From the NCBI RefSeq assembly GCF_902713615.1, contig NC_052146.1, positions 291,222,000-291,285,999 of the forward strand: a stretch of 64,000 nt of DNA. Reading direction: 5' to 3'. Position 1 is the first letter of the stretch. Each line of letters opens with the position of its first letter. The position numbers and the translations under genes are program-made. Below are positions 50,642-63,108 of this stretch, one piece after another. The notes beneath the pieces were generated by a model. It saw only the letters and a program-made list of their open reading frames with translations, did no database searches and was not told where the DNA came from. This DNA comes from Scyliorhinus canicula (Eukaryota).

Positions 50642-50730
50642 TTTGAAACAAACCTGTTGGACTTTAACCTGGTGTTGAAAGACTTCTTACTGTGCTCATC
50701 CCAGTCCAACGCCAGCATCTCCACATCATG

Positions 50731-51480
50731 ACCACAGACATAACCCTCCTCGCTGAGGGGGCGGGGCGACCACCCCACACAATGACAGAGTTCCTCCCTG
50801 AGGGGGCGGATTTAAAAAAAAACCGTTCTCTTGATGAACCAATCGCATGTGAATGTTGACCTGACGTCACAGTAGTAACGGCGCTGGTCAGCCGCGGTGG
50901 GAGCGCGCGAGACGTTGACAACGGATGGGGGAAGGCGGGAGGAAAAAGCTTCCCCCTCCCCCCTCCCCTTCATGGCAATTATTTCTGGGAGTTGTATTTC
51001 GTCGGGGCGGCGGCCGCCATTTTATCGGCCTCCCCTACCATCACCCAAACTCCCAGATCGAACTACAACTTCCAGCTGCCACCGCGGCCGCGCCTCCCTC
51101 CGCTGAACCCGATGTCTCTATGGTGAAAGGAAGCCGAAAGTTTAATTTGAAATCGGTGCCGATTGGTCCAGGGGCGGCGTCCTGTCAGCGGCGCTGGAGT
51201 TTAACGAAAGCGGAGCGTTTTGAATGATCGCCCCTCTTTTTACTGTCAACGTTCTTCTTCTGATCGAAAGGCGCTTTTAACCTTTCGTCGCGTACCTCGA
51301 CCATGAAGGCCTCCAGTGACATTGAGGAGGATTTGGATCAGTATCTGAAAGGTTTGAGAGGTGAGCGACTTGATGAGGAAGGCTCATTTCTGAGCGAGGA
51401 CAGCTGTCGGTTAAGCGGCTCGGATAAGCAAGGCCGAGATTGGTCTCCAAGTAGTGCAGTCAACATCTTTATTCGCTGAC
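50731..51480 (+). promoter_or_regulatory. SDCCAG8: CpG-island promoter of SDCCAG8
   Basis: CCAAT 50839-50843, CRE TGACGTCA 50862-50869, ZNF143/SBS-like motifs at 50984-50999 (minus) and 51062-51076, YY1 GCCGCCATTTT 51013-51023, and GC boxes. Confidence 0.8.
51303..51360 (+). CDS. SDCCAG8: SDCCAG8 coding exon 1
   Basis: MKASSDIEEDLDQYLKGLR resembles recalled human ...LEEILGQYQRSLRE. Start context ACCATG; donor AG|GTGAGC, phase 1. Confidence 0.9.
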
Positions 51481-51827
51481 AAAATGCATGTTGAAATGAA
51501 CAAATCCTGTGTGTTCGCATTGCTTCAAAGTGTTGACAGTGCAGAGATGAAAGTTTGGTGAATTCTCTGGAGCTCCCGAATTGCGAACCATGGGCTCAGA
51601 TGGTGAACCTCGCGGAATGTGGACTTTAATTAAATCACTGCTCGAGCGAAATCACTTTTTGTAAGGCATCATCGGTTTGCCACTTTCCTAATCGTTTACG
51701 AAACATGTATCGGGAGGAAAAGTTTGTCAACCACTTTCATTTCCAACATTTTTTTTGGGATCGAACCAATTCACCCTTTATGGGTGAATCTGCTTTTGTT
51801 GTACTTTCAGATGTTGCAATCCAAGTC

Positions 51828-52010
51828 ATGATGTGGAGATGTTGGACTGGGGTGAGCACAGTAAGACGTCTTACAACACCAGGTTAAAGTCCAACAGGTT
51901 TGTTTCAAACACTAGCTTTCGGAGCTCCTCCCTTGAATGAACTGCGCTCCGAAAGCTAGTGTTTGAAACAAACCTGTTGGACTTTAACCTGGTGTTGTAA
52001 GACTTCTTAC
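51828..52010 (-). mobile_element. Palindromic mini Penelope-like element
   Basis: ~67-bp inverted arms with one mismatch. 13-bp TSD TGCAATCCAAGTC at 51815-51827 and 52011-52023. Confidence 0.9.
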
Positions 52011-53179
52011 TGCAATCCAAGTCGTAACGGCACATTGCGTAAGAAAAAAAGCTCTTCATCTGCCTTCTGGTTCTTTTTATGTGACATACAACAGGTTTCA
52101 CCATCCAACACCTGATCTGGATCACTTTGGGTGCCGTCACATCTTCTCTGCCACTATTCATGCTTTTGTCATTTCCAATCTTGACTATTCCAACACTGCT
52201 CTGGTTGGCCTCCCATCCTTCATCCTGTTAAATTTCAGTTTATTAAAAATTCAGGTGCCTATATCCTCTCTTGTTTCTGCTGGCCTTCATTCGCTGCTGA
52301 TTCACAATACCTCAGATATGATATTTGCATTCTCCTGTTTAAATCCCTTCATGACCTAGCCTCACCCTTCTTACCCCTTACTTCTTCCAATCTTACATCT
52401 GCCACCTTGTATCCCTGCACCCCACCCCCATCCCCACAACTCTGTATTTCTTCAAATCTGGCCATTTGTGACCCTCTTTCCATTTGTTCCACCATTCACA
52501 TTCAAATTGTATCCAGATCCATCTAGAAGTGGGACTAAGTGGAAATATATCCAATCCATGCTGATATTTGTGGGTAAACTGACTGCCTCCCTCAATGGAT
52601 TGCTGGTATGTAATGTTAATGGCTCGCATCACTTGTTAGACTGCTAGTCCAACATTCCATACTGGGTGGCAGAAATATCCTCCAATTAATTGTTCGGGAG
52701 ACTTCAGGCCCTGCTACAAGCCATGCTCTTTTCCACTGACTCAATCCCTCTCCCTAACAACTGTCTGAGACTGAATCAAACTGTTTGCAATCTTATTTTC
52801 ATATTTAGCCTCAAAATGAGATGCTAACCTCATGTCTGTGCCATCACTAAGGCTGCCTTTGACAAAGGGTCAGCTGGACTCGAAACATTAGCTCTTTTCA
52901 CTCCCTCCAGATGTTGCTAGACCTACTGAGATTTTCCAACATTTTCTTTTTGGTTTCAGATTCCAGCATTCGCAGTAATTTGTTTTTATTTTTACTAAGG
53001 CTGTCCCCCTCTGTTGAGATCAGCCAGCTCTGCTCATGTCTCAGGTCATCTGCTCCATGCCTTATACCTCAATGCTTCATTATTCTCATATACTTATGGT
53101 CGCCTCTCCCGTCTGCCATAAACTCTCCATAAACTTGAGGTTCACAATCTGCTGTCATATTCTTGCTCTCAGAAACATT

Positions 53180-55880
53180 ATTTGAGAAGGATGCAATATC
53201 TGTGGCTAAGTAAGGAAGTTAAAGATAGTATCAAATTGAAAGAAAAAGTATAATTCCACAAAGATGATTGGTAGGTCAGAAGATTAGACAGAATATAAAG
53301 AACAGAAGAAAATGACCAGAAGATCAATAAGGAGGGAGAAAGCAGCGTACAAGAGAAAGCTAGCTAGAAATATAAAAATAGGTAATAAGACATTATACAG
53401 GTATTTTAAAAAGGAAAATAATAAGTAAAGTGAGATTTTTTTCTCCAGAATTTGTCTGGAGAAATAATAACCCAAAATAAGAAAATGGTGGCTGAATTGA
53501 ACATGTATTTTGCATCTGTCTTCATTGTAGAGGATATACATAACATCCTAGAAATCAATGTGAATCATGAGGTTCAAAGGAAGGAGGAACCTGAAACAAT
53601 TGCAATCGGTAGGAGAAAAGGAATTTAAAAAATTATCAGCTCTAAAAGCTGACAAGTCCCCAGGTCCTGATGGACTTTATCCTAGAGTCGCTTTCTTTTA
53701 AAATGGCCTGATAGATTCATTAGTTTTAATTTTCCTGAATTCCCTGGATTTTGGAAAGCTCCCATCAGATTGGAAAATAGTGAATGTGATTCCTCTATTC
53801 AAGAAAGGAGGGAGACAGAAAACAGGAAACTACAGACCAGTTAGCTTAACATCTTGTCATTAGAAAATTGCTATGCCAATGGCGCCAAGGAAGCAGTTCT
53901 GTGAAGGTCTGTAACCAGCTGAGGAGGAGGCACTTTAGGAAAGAAGGGATGTTGGTGTTAATGCCGTTGTGCGTAAACCATGGTTTTGAGCCGGGGCGAT
54001 AGATTGCATATATAGGAAGTGGAGAGAAGTGAGGCTGGTTAAGGTGAGGGATCTGTACCTGGAAGAATGGTTTGCCAGTATAGAGGAACTGAAGGAGAGG
54101 GTAGAGATCCGAAGAGGGAGTGAGTTTAGTACTTGCAAGTAAGGGACTTTGCGCGGAAAGTTTGGAAAGAGTTCCCCAGGTTGCTGAAGTACAACCTGTT
54201 GGAGCGACTGCTGCTTCCAGATGTGGAAGGAGAGGGCAGGATCGGAGACATATATGGGTGGCTGGAGACCAGGGAGGTTAGCAGGTAATGAAGATTAAGG
54301 AGAAGTGGGAGGGAGAGCTGGAAGGGGAGATAACTGGGGAGTATGGGGTGAGGCGTTACGAAGGGTAAATGCGACCTATGCGTTGGCAAGGATGAGCTTG
54401 ATACAGTTCAAGGTGGTACACATGACTCAAGCAAGAGTGAGTGGGTTCTTCCAGGGAGTGACAGACGAGTGTGAGAAGTGTGGACGAGGACCAGCGAATC
54501 ATGTTCATATGTTGTGGGGCAGCAAAAAGTTGGGGAGATTTTGGCAGGGGTGTTCACGGCACTAACAAGGATAGTGGGGGTGGAGGGTGAGTCGGACCCA
54601 TTCTTTAATGGCAATATTTGGAATATCGGAGAAGCCGGAGCTGGTGGAGGGGAGGAGGGCCGATGTTGTGGCCTTCGCCTCTCTGATTGTCCGGTGAAGA
54701 ATTCTGTTGGAGTGGCGGTCAGCAACGCCACCAGGGGTGGCGGCTTGGCTGGGGGACATGTTTGGCTTTCTTCGGTTGGAAAAGATTAAATATGAATTAA
54801 GGGGTCCAGCGGAGGGCTTCGAGGCATGGTGGGGGATGTTCGTGACCGTGTTTGAGGAGCTGTTCATCGAGGGGGGAGTGAAAAAGGGGAAAATTCGTAC
54901 AAACTATAGTTGTATGTTGGGTGTTTGTTCCCCGAATCTTTTATGTTTTGTAACCTTTTATATACATTTGAAATAAAATACATTAAAATAAGAAAATTGT
55001 TGGAATGTATTATTCAGGAGGTTATAGTGGGACACTTTAAAAAAAAAAAAAATCTCAATTCAATCAGGCAGAGGTCCATGGTTTTTTGAAAAGTGCAATA
55101 ACCACGAGACCCATGGGGACAACCCAATACATCTCCTCATGGGGCTAGTGGAACATGAGCTCCCCTGCTTATTGGGGGAGGCCTATCAGCTGAGACTCAG
55201 AAAATTGAACCTAAGAGCTGTCCTGGATTGGGACCAGCATGATCGGTAGTCCCGTTTGGGACCTATGTGCTGAATGCCGCATTGCAGCCTTTTTTTTTGA
55301 TTTGAAAATAAACCTATGTTTGGATCACCTTCTTGGGTCTCCTGAAGATTTTATACTGGCAATGAGGAAAATCTACGGCTGTGATTCTGGTCACCCGGCT
55401 GGACTTGTAATTCCTCAGCACAAGAGCAAGGTCGGAGAGAATTTTAAAATACTGCTCTTTGGCGCAGGAATGGAAAGATTCGACATGCTGAGCCTGTGTC
55501 TATTGGAGTTTAGAAGACAGAGGTGATATTGAAATATATAAGTTCCCGAGAGGTCCTGACAGGGCGGATGGTGAAAGGGTGCTTCTCCCTTGTGCGAGTG
55601 ATTAGAACTAGGAAAGACAGTTTGAAAATAAAGGGTTCTTATTTAAGAGAGAGATGCAGAGACTTTTTTTCTCAAGAAGGTCATGAATCTTTGGAGCTCC
55701 CTTTCCTGGAGAGCAGTGGAGGCAGTGTAATTGAATAGTCTGAAAGCAGGGATAGATTCTTAACTGACAAAGGGGTCAAAGGATATCAGGGCAAGGTGAG
55801 AATGTGGAATTGAGGCCACAATCCGATCAGCCCTGATTTTATTGAATGGTGGAGCAAGCTTGAGGGACCGAATGGCCTAG
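53180..55880 (+). mobile_element. Decayed CR1 ORF2 fragment with nested L1 3' fragment (53871-54990)
   Basis: CR1 remnants (DKSPGPDG, GNYRPVSLTS) and a CR1 3'UTR. The L1 piece is flanked by AGAAAATTG at 53862-53870 and 54991-54999 and contains CEKC...HVHMLWG. Confidence 0.8.
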
Positions 55881-56525
55881 GGCGTCATGGTAGCATAGTG
55901 GTTAGCACTGTTGCTTCACAGCGCCAGGGTCCCAGGTTCCATTCCTGGCTTGGGTCACAGTCTGTGCGGAGTTTCCACATTCTCCCTGTGTCTGCAAGGG
56001 TTTCCTCCGTACTCCGGTTTCCTCTCACAAGTCCCGAAAGACGTGCTGTTGGGTAATTTTGACATTCTGAATTCTCCATCCATGTACCCAAACAGGCGCC
56101 GTAATGTGACGACTAGGGGCTTTTCACAGTAACATCATTGCAGTGTTAATGTAAGCCTACTTGTGACAATAAAGATTATTAGTATTATTATTCCTGCTCC
56201 TAATTTGTATGTTCATGTGTGCTATAGAAAAACAAGTTTTTGTTGTTGAAATAAAGACCTAATCTAAATGTTTCCTCATCCATAGGGTCTTGAAAATGTG
56301 ATGACTACAAATGCAACTTGTTGACTACAATTATATAAGCCCCACTTTTATTTTTCAACATTTGAATTTATATACTCCTTGTGGTAGCATGAAAAGTAGT
56401 GACAAAACAGCCGAGTTCTTTCAGACTGCAAACATGCTTTCTTTATTTTTAAATGGAAGTGATCATAAAGATCTTTTGCAAAATTATAACTACTTGTCCA
56501 ATCTGCCTTTCTTAACTACTAACAG

Positions 56526-56702
56526 AAAGGGCAAGTGAGAGCATCCAAAAACTGAAATGTACTCTGGAAGGAAAACATCAGGCAGAATCCTCCGTACCAT
56601 CTCCAGAGGATGACAAAGTCCAGCCAAATTTAACAAGTTCACCAGGGAAGAGAGAGAATCACGGTGAAGTGACTTGGCGAGAGCTACAACACAGTCATGC
56701 AG
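56526..56702 (+). CDS. SDCCAG8: SDCCAG8 coding exon 2
   Basis: (E)RASESIQKLKCTLEG...TWRELQHSHA resembles recalled human EHASRSIHQLTCALKEG...AWPELQQSHA. Acceptor ctaacAG, donor GTgact; 177 nt, phase 1-1, in frame with exon 1. Confidence 0.93.
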
Positions 56703-57224
56703 GTGACTACTGATTAATATTTATTAACACCATCACTGAAGGTGGGAGGCAGTAATGGTGTTCACCTCTGTGTGTTAGTCTGTTTGTAAGTAATATACTA
56801 TAAAAATGACTAGATGGATTTAATTGAAACTTGATATACAGATAGGATATTGGACAAGAAAGAGCTGATTAGTTTTTGGTGATGATGTGGATCGCGATCC
56901 TGGAATTTTTTAAATAAGACCCATTAACATTGAGAGGTTGGGTGAATTTACTGTCTTTTTAAGAATATTTTGGTTTTTAAATTTAGAGTAGTATTTTTGT
57001 TTGAGAATATCGTGGATTGTCTCCGAGGCTGTGGTGGAATTTGACACAGCTGTAAAATTGAGTACAGTTTTCAGAGCAGGTTACTGGTTGTGGATTTGCT
57101 TGAAGCCTCCTCAATGAAATGGAAGCTCTTAAATAATTTTTTGTTCCAGCTTTGTAATTAATAGAGCATAAACCAGATCGATGAAGACTTTGAGGAAGAG
57201 CTGCGTAATTGTAATAACATTAAG

Positions 57225-60200
57225 TTTTTAAAAAAATCTTTTATTCTCCTCATTTTCAACATTTTCATCAAATAAACAACAAAAGAAAACAAAAAAAAGA
57301 AAATTAACAATCAGTCAGTAAACAGTGTACTCAAGACAACCCCCCCCCCCCCCCCCCCCACCTTCCTCCCCCTAATGTTCGAAGGCAACCAATTGTCGAA
57401 AGTGGACAATAAACAGTCCTCATGAATTATAGAACCCTTCCTTCGTCCCCCTCAGCTCAAACTTCACCTTCTCAAGAGTCAAAAATTCCAGGATATCTTC
57501 CCGCCAAGCCGAGGCACAGGGTGGAGAAGCTGACCTCCACCCCAACAGGACCCATCTCCGGGCAATCAGCAAGCCGAAGGCTAAAACATTTGTTCCTGCA
57601 CCCACCTGCAACCCTGGCTGGTCCGACACCTCGAAAATGGCTTCTAGGGCCCTTAGTTTCAAGCTCACGTGCACTACCCCTGAGATGTCATAGAAAAACC
57701 CCCTCCAATACTTCTCCAACTTCGGACAGGACCAAAACATATGTCCTCCACTCCCTCAAAGATTCGGCTCATCCTCGGCCTCGTGAGGTGAGCCCAATAC
57801 ACAACATTCAGCTGTATCAGCTCCAACCTCGCAAACGAGATTGAGAAGTTCACCCTCCGGAGCACCTTGCACCACAAACAGTCTTCCATAACCTCCCCTA
57901 AAATCCTCCCGTAGATCGCCGACACCACCCCATTCCCCCTGCCATTAATACCTCTTCCAACAATGAAGGGGCCGGCGCTATCGGGAAACTTTGAATTTCC
58001 TCCTAGCAAAGTCCCGAAACTGCAGGTACCTAAACCTTTCCCCTTGCCCCAGTCCATATTTCTCCCCCAACTCTTCCAACCTCACAAAACGTTCCCTGAG
58101 GAACAGGTCTTTTAATACCCTGATCCCATCTCCGAAACCTCCTATCCAGCTTCCCTGGCTCAAATCTGTGGTTCCCCCTACTCGGCATCTCCCTTGACCC
58201 CGCCCCCAGCTTTAAGTACTGCCTCCAAATCATCAGTGTTGCCACCACTACCAGACTCCCAGAGTATTTACCCAGGCCCCACCCCCCAGTCCCGCACCAC
58301 CTGCACCTCCAACTGGGTTATAATCATATTAAGTCAACACGTGGTCGAGGTTCTTTTTTAATTTATTTTTACCGGATGTGGGCGTTACTGGTTAGGTCAG
58401 CATTTATTGCCCATCCCTAGTTGCCCTTTAGAAGGTGGTGGCAAGTTGCCTTCTTGAACAGTTGCAGTCCTTGTGGTGTAGGTACACACACTGTGCTTTT
58501 AAGGAGGGAGTTCCAGGATGTTTCCCCAGCGACAGGGAAGGAATGGCAATATATTTCCAAGTCAGGGTGGTGAGTGACTTGGAGGGGAACCTCCAGATCT
58601 TCACCTCCGTATTTAGCAACAAAATGGGCCTATGCAACTCACAATATAGTGGATCCTTATCTTTCTTTGGAATCAAAGAAATAGGGACCTGTGCCAACGT
58701 ACCCAGCAACCCCCATCTCCAGTGCTCCATTGAACATACTCATAAGGTGTTGGGCCATTTCCCCCAAGGACTGTTTTTGAAATTCGACTGGGAAGCCATC
58801 CGGCCCTTGGCACCTTCCCCGACTGCATTGCCCCACCCCCTCCACTATTGCCTGCAACCCCAATGACTCCTCCAATGTTTCCCTGCACAATTTTCCATGC
58901 CACCACCTGTTACCCCAACTGATGTGACAGCAGACGACAAGCCTTATCACCAATACTTGTACTCTGGCCCACCACCTTTCCTGTTGTCTATCGGTTGAAC
59001 TGCCCTTGCAGTTCCTTCCTCTCCGCCTAAAGCTCCCTAGACGGGGTTGCCGAATATCTGCGGTCTACCTCCACAATACCCTCCAGCAACCTCCGCCTCT
59101 CATCTCTCTCAGCCTTATCCCTATGGGCCTTAAAATAAACCACCTCCCCTTGGACCACCACCTTCATGTCTCCCAGAATGTGGCTGCAGAGACCACCGTT
59201 TTGATTAAATTCCACATCATTCTTTATGGCTCATTGCACCTAATCACAAAATTCTTTATCCGCCAATAACCCAAATCAAACCTCCACTCCAGTCTCTGTG
59301 CCCGCCCCGGTTCAAGTCTCACATCTACATTGTGCGGCGCATGGTCTGAATTAATTATGCTGCATACTCCGTCCCACCACCCCCGCCAACACCTCCTTCC
59401 CCACCACAAAGAAATCTATTCAGGAGTATACCCGAGAAACCAGGGAGAAGGAATATTCCTTCTCTCCCAGGTGTCTCTCTCTCGGGTGCCTAAATCTCCA
59501 TGGATCAAACCCTCCCATCTGTTCCATGAACACCCATAGGCCATCCCTGTCCCAACCATAGATTTAGGTCTCGACTGGCCCACCCTAGGGTCCAGCACAC
59601 AATTAAAGTCACCCCTTATAATTAACTTATGGAAATCTAAATGGATGCCAACAGTTTCTTAATAAAATCCACGTCGTCCAAATTGGGTGCGTACAAATTG
59701 ACCAAAATCACCGGTGTCCCCGCCAGCACCGTCCTCATCATCACAAACCTACCCCCGGGTCTCTCACCTCCATCAACACTACTAATGTCACCTTTTCAAG
59801 TAAACTGGATTGCAGCTCCCTTGACCGGGGGGCTTTCGACCTCCCCCTTTATGGAGGTGTGCCATCATCCCCTAATCTACGATCCACCCAACTATCCATT
59901 CCCCAACAAACTTGAGCCCACACAAAATGGCCAACCCCTCTGTCTTCGAGTCTAACTTGGAAGAACAACTGTGTCACATTACCCCCACCTCCCACCTACT
60001 CTGAGTACCCACACAGCCCCCACCTGGCTTCTGTTTACTAGCATATCTCGCGAGCATGGCAGTTCCTACTTGGGGGCCCAAATGAAGGACCTTACCTCCA
60101 CCCCCCCCCCCCCCCCCCTCTATTTACTTAAACTCACCTCTTCAACCCATCGCGCTCCTCATTGTACACACAGCATTCAACCAAGAATCTTTTCTTTGAC

Positions 60201-60965
60201 CTGAAATTTGTGCATTCACACAACCATGGCCTGGGGCAGCGCCCTACCCTTGACCTCTATCTCGGGGACCAGTGAGTCCAATCCACTTCAGGGGCCCTGT
60301 CAAACACCTTCTCATCTACCAACTTCTCAAACATCTTCGTCACATAGCTGGTGGCACTGACACTCGTTCCCTCCATTCCTTCCGGCAAACCTATGATGTG
60401 CAAATTCGGCTTCCTGGGCACGTTTTCCTGGTCATCTACCCTTGCCCGCAGCACTTTGCACATTTCCTCCAGCATCGACATCTCTGCTTTCAGCGATACG
60501 ATTCGGTCATTCTAGTCTGAAATCGTCTGCTCCACTTCTTTTATTGACACACCCTCTACCTCCAGATGCTTCTCCACTCGATACACCGACCCACAAAGGA
60601 TTGCTACTCAATCAATCTCTCTGCATTTCCTCATGCTGTTGTTCAAATTCTTCTTTTATGAAGCTCATGAGCTGCTCTATTGGCAATGTGGCCGTCGACG
60701 ACAACGAATCCCCCTCTGCCATCTTTCTCAATACTGCTGCGCCACGAGGCTCCTTCAACTCCTGAGCAAGGGCTTTCACCAACTTTTGCCCAGTCTAAAA
60801 CCCCGTCCACATTCCACACTGGGGGAGAATCAACCACCCTCCTCTCTCCTCACACTTTGTCTCAAAAAATTATCCATCAAATGGACAGCAAGTTCCAAAA
60901 CCAACACCTCCACACTAGAGGCACCATGTGTGCAACCGGTCAAACCATGGCCGCCACCGGACGTC
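57225..60965 (-). mobile_element. Decayed, internally deleted L1-clade LINE
   Basis: Minus-strand 5' end ACGTCCGGTGGCGGCCATGG. ORF1 remnant RKPNLHIIGLPEG; ORF2 remnants SDHAPH, GPDGFPVEF and MFWSCPKL...LEKVKFELRG. AATAAA near 57240. Confidence 0.85.
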
Positions 60966-62587
60966 GGGTGTTAAATGAATACTTCTTATCGGTGTTCACT
61001 CGGGTATTCAAAATCGTGGGGGGTCAGGACAGAGTAGAGGGGGAGACTCTGTTCCCACTTGAGAAAGGATCACGAATGAGAGGGCACAGATTTAAAGTAA
61101 TTGGCAAAAGAAGCATAAGCAACGTGAGAAAAATCTTTAACACACAGCAAATGACTGGGGTCTGGAATGCAGGACCTGGGTGTGTAGGGGAGGTTCAATC
61201 AAGGCATCTAAAAGGAAATTAGACAGTTATCTGAAAAGGAAGAATGTGCAGGATTACAGGGAGAAGGTGAGGGAATTGAAATCTGTGAATTACTCGCTCA
61301 GAGCCGGTGCAGACGCAATGGGCCAAATGGCCTCATTCTGTAACAACTCTAGAGAGTCCTTGCTTTTGTATTCTATGCTTCTACCTGAAAAGTCCAGGAT
61401 CGTATCTCCCTTTCTCAACCTGCACTGCCACCTTTAATAACATATGCACATATAGTTATATGAAATTTGGGATGGTTTGGATAATATTTCAAAAATTCCC
61501 TAGGTGGCAATCGGCTGTTAATTATTTTAATAGTGGTTTGAGGGAGTGGATAAAGGAGACAAGCAGGTCTTTGCTTCTCATGATAATTTTGTATTTGGTG
61601 GTTTGGCAGAAGAAAATGAGGTACAGCGCATCAAAAAGACAGGATACAAGATACAGCTGTTAGTAGGATTAAATGAGGTAGAGGATGGCAGAGATGAGCA
61701 GGCTAGGTGAGTTCAGGTGTAAATTAATAAGTCACGTGATGCCAAAACAAAGGGAGGATGTCTCCATGGAGAAGTCAGCATGTGACTTGGAGGAGGGTTA
61801 TCCAGCAGTGTTTTGAATGAGGGGTGGAAGGATTGAACAGAGTGAAATGCTTGATGGCAAAGCAGAAGAATGACATGGAAGATAAAAGGCTGATTCTTCA
61901 GCCGTGCCCGACGCAAGATCGCCACGGACGGGATGGGGGCCATGTAAAGGTCCATTGACCTCGCGCGGGAATTACCGGTCTCCAGGTGGGCGCGGCCGTA
62001 AAATCGCACCCAAAGACCTCTTGTCACTCACAAGTGTTTACAACATTTATTAGGTTTTGCTCACCTGGCATGCAATATAGTGTTTCAGATTTATGACTTT
62101 TCATCAATGTTTCGATGAAATGTTGTTGATATGAAATGTTAACTATTTCTCTCACCATAAATTCTGCTAGTTCTACTGAGAATTTCCAGCATTTTCTGTT
62201 TTATTTCAGATTGCTAACATCCGGAGTATTTTGCTTTTTGATAAAACCATAAAACCCTGACAGCTACAAAAGTGACAGGCCTTTGCATGAGACTTTTCCA
62301 AATGGCTAGAAAGGTACTGTAGGATCATTTTAGTTGTGGGCCAGGTATTACCTTTATCCTAACTTGTACTGTAACTAAAAATAACCTAAAATTTATTATG
62401 TTGGCATCAATGGCAAATGTCCTGTTAGATAATCAATTTCATGTTTGCCATATTCAGGCTGGTGTTCTTTAACTGGTTGTGAGTATGTGTCTATTTATTT
62501 ATGTTTAGTGTGCTAAGTACATTTTGTGTTCAATGGGTATTGCTATTAAATCAGAGTGTGTTTGATGATATATTTTTCTTGATACAG

Positions 62588-62670
62588 TGAATGAGCTCAG
62601 AGACCTCTTGCAACGTCAGGAAATGGAAGAAAGGACAAGTTCTGCATCTGCGACCAATAAATGTCTCCTG
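62588..62670 (+). CDS. SDCCAG8: SDCCAG8 coding exon 3
   Basis: (V)NELRDLLQRQEMEERTSSASATNKCLL resembles recalled human VNQLKDLLRQQ. Acceptor tttttcttgatacAG, donor GTaata; in frame with exon 2. Confidence 0.9.
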
Positions 62671-63108
62671 GTAATATACTAGTAAACTTGAACATGTACT
62701 TATTTAAGCATAATCATTTTTACAATAGTTTCACTTGGATTTTAGACTGCAAATTTTCTGTACTTTCCAAGTGCAAGGTTATCGGTTTACATTTGCATGT
62801 GATAGAAAAACATAAAATTAGCCCAATGCTGGCTTAGTTGCTTGAGCTGCAGAATACTGAATTTCAAATCAAGAAGGCCATGAGCGCACCCTAACTATCA
62901 TTTAGACTGGCACATTGCATCCGTTCTAAAGCAAATAAACAAAATAATGTGCCGCTAAAGAGTTTTCCAAGTCGGGGCAAAGGAAGAAAAACCTACCAGA
63001 TCTAGCAGATTTTCTGTCAGTTCATTACAGAGCCTCAATGATGCCTTGCTAAAGGAATGAATATAGTATTGAATGCAAGAGTGGAGAAGCCAAAATGTTT
63101 CACCAAAG

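Larger units (their letters stand above)
47497..50730. mobile_element. Penelope-like element (GIY-YIG) with inverted-repeat architecture
   Basis: Both arms encode GIY-YIG remnants (minus: NVVYLVRCTKGC...YIGET...LRQ; plus: IVYLIRCRKGC...YIGET...LRQRMNGHR). A PLE RT C-terminal peptide SSFHPKHIKEAIPYGQALRIHRICSD is present. 47498-47870 is the reverse complement of ~50308-50689. Flanked by ACCACAGACA (47487-47496 / 50731-50740). Confidence 0.92.

Noticed and set aside
31543-52023. Recurrent GTTTGAAAC-containing repeats as a possible CRISPR array
   Set aside because: The copies are dispersed and inverted with no spacer periodicity, the context is eukaryotic, and they are explained by Penelope pLTRs.
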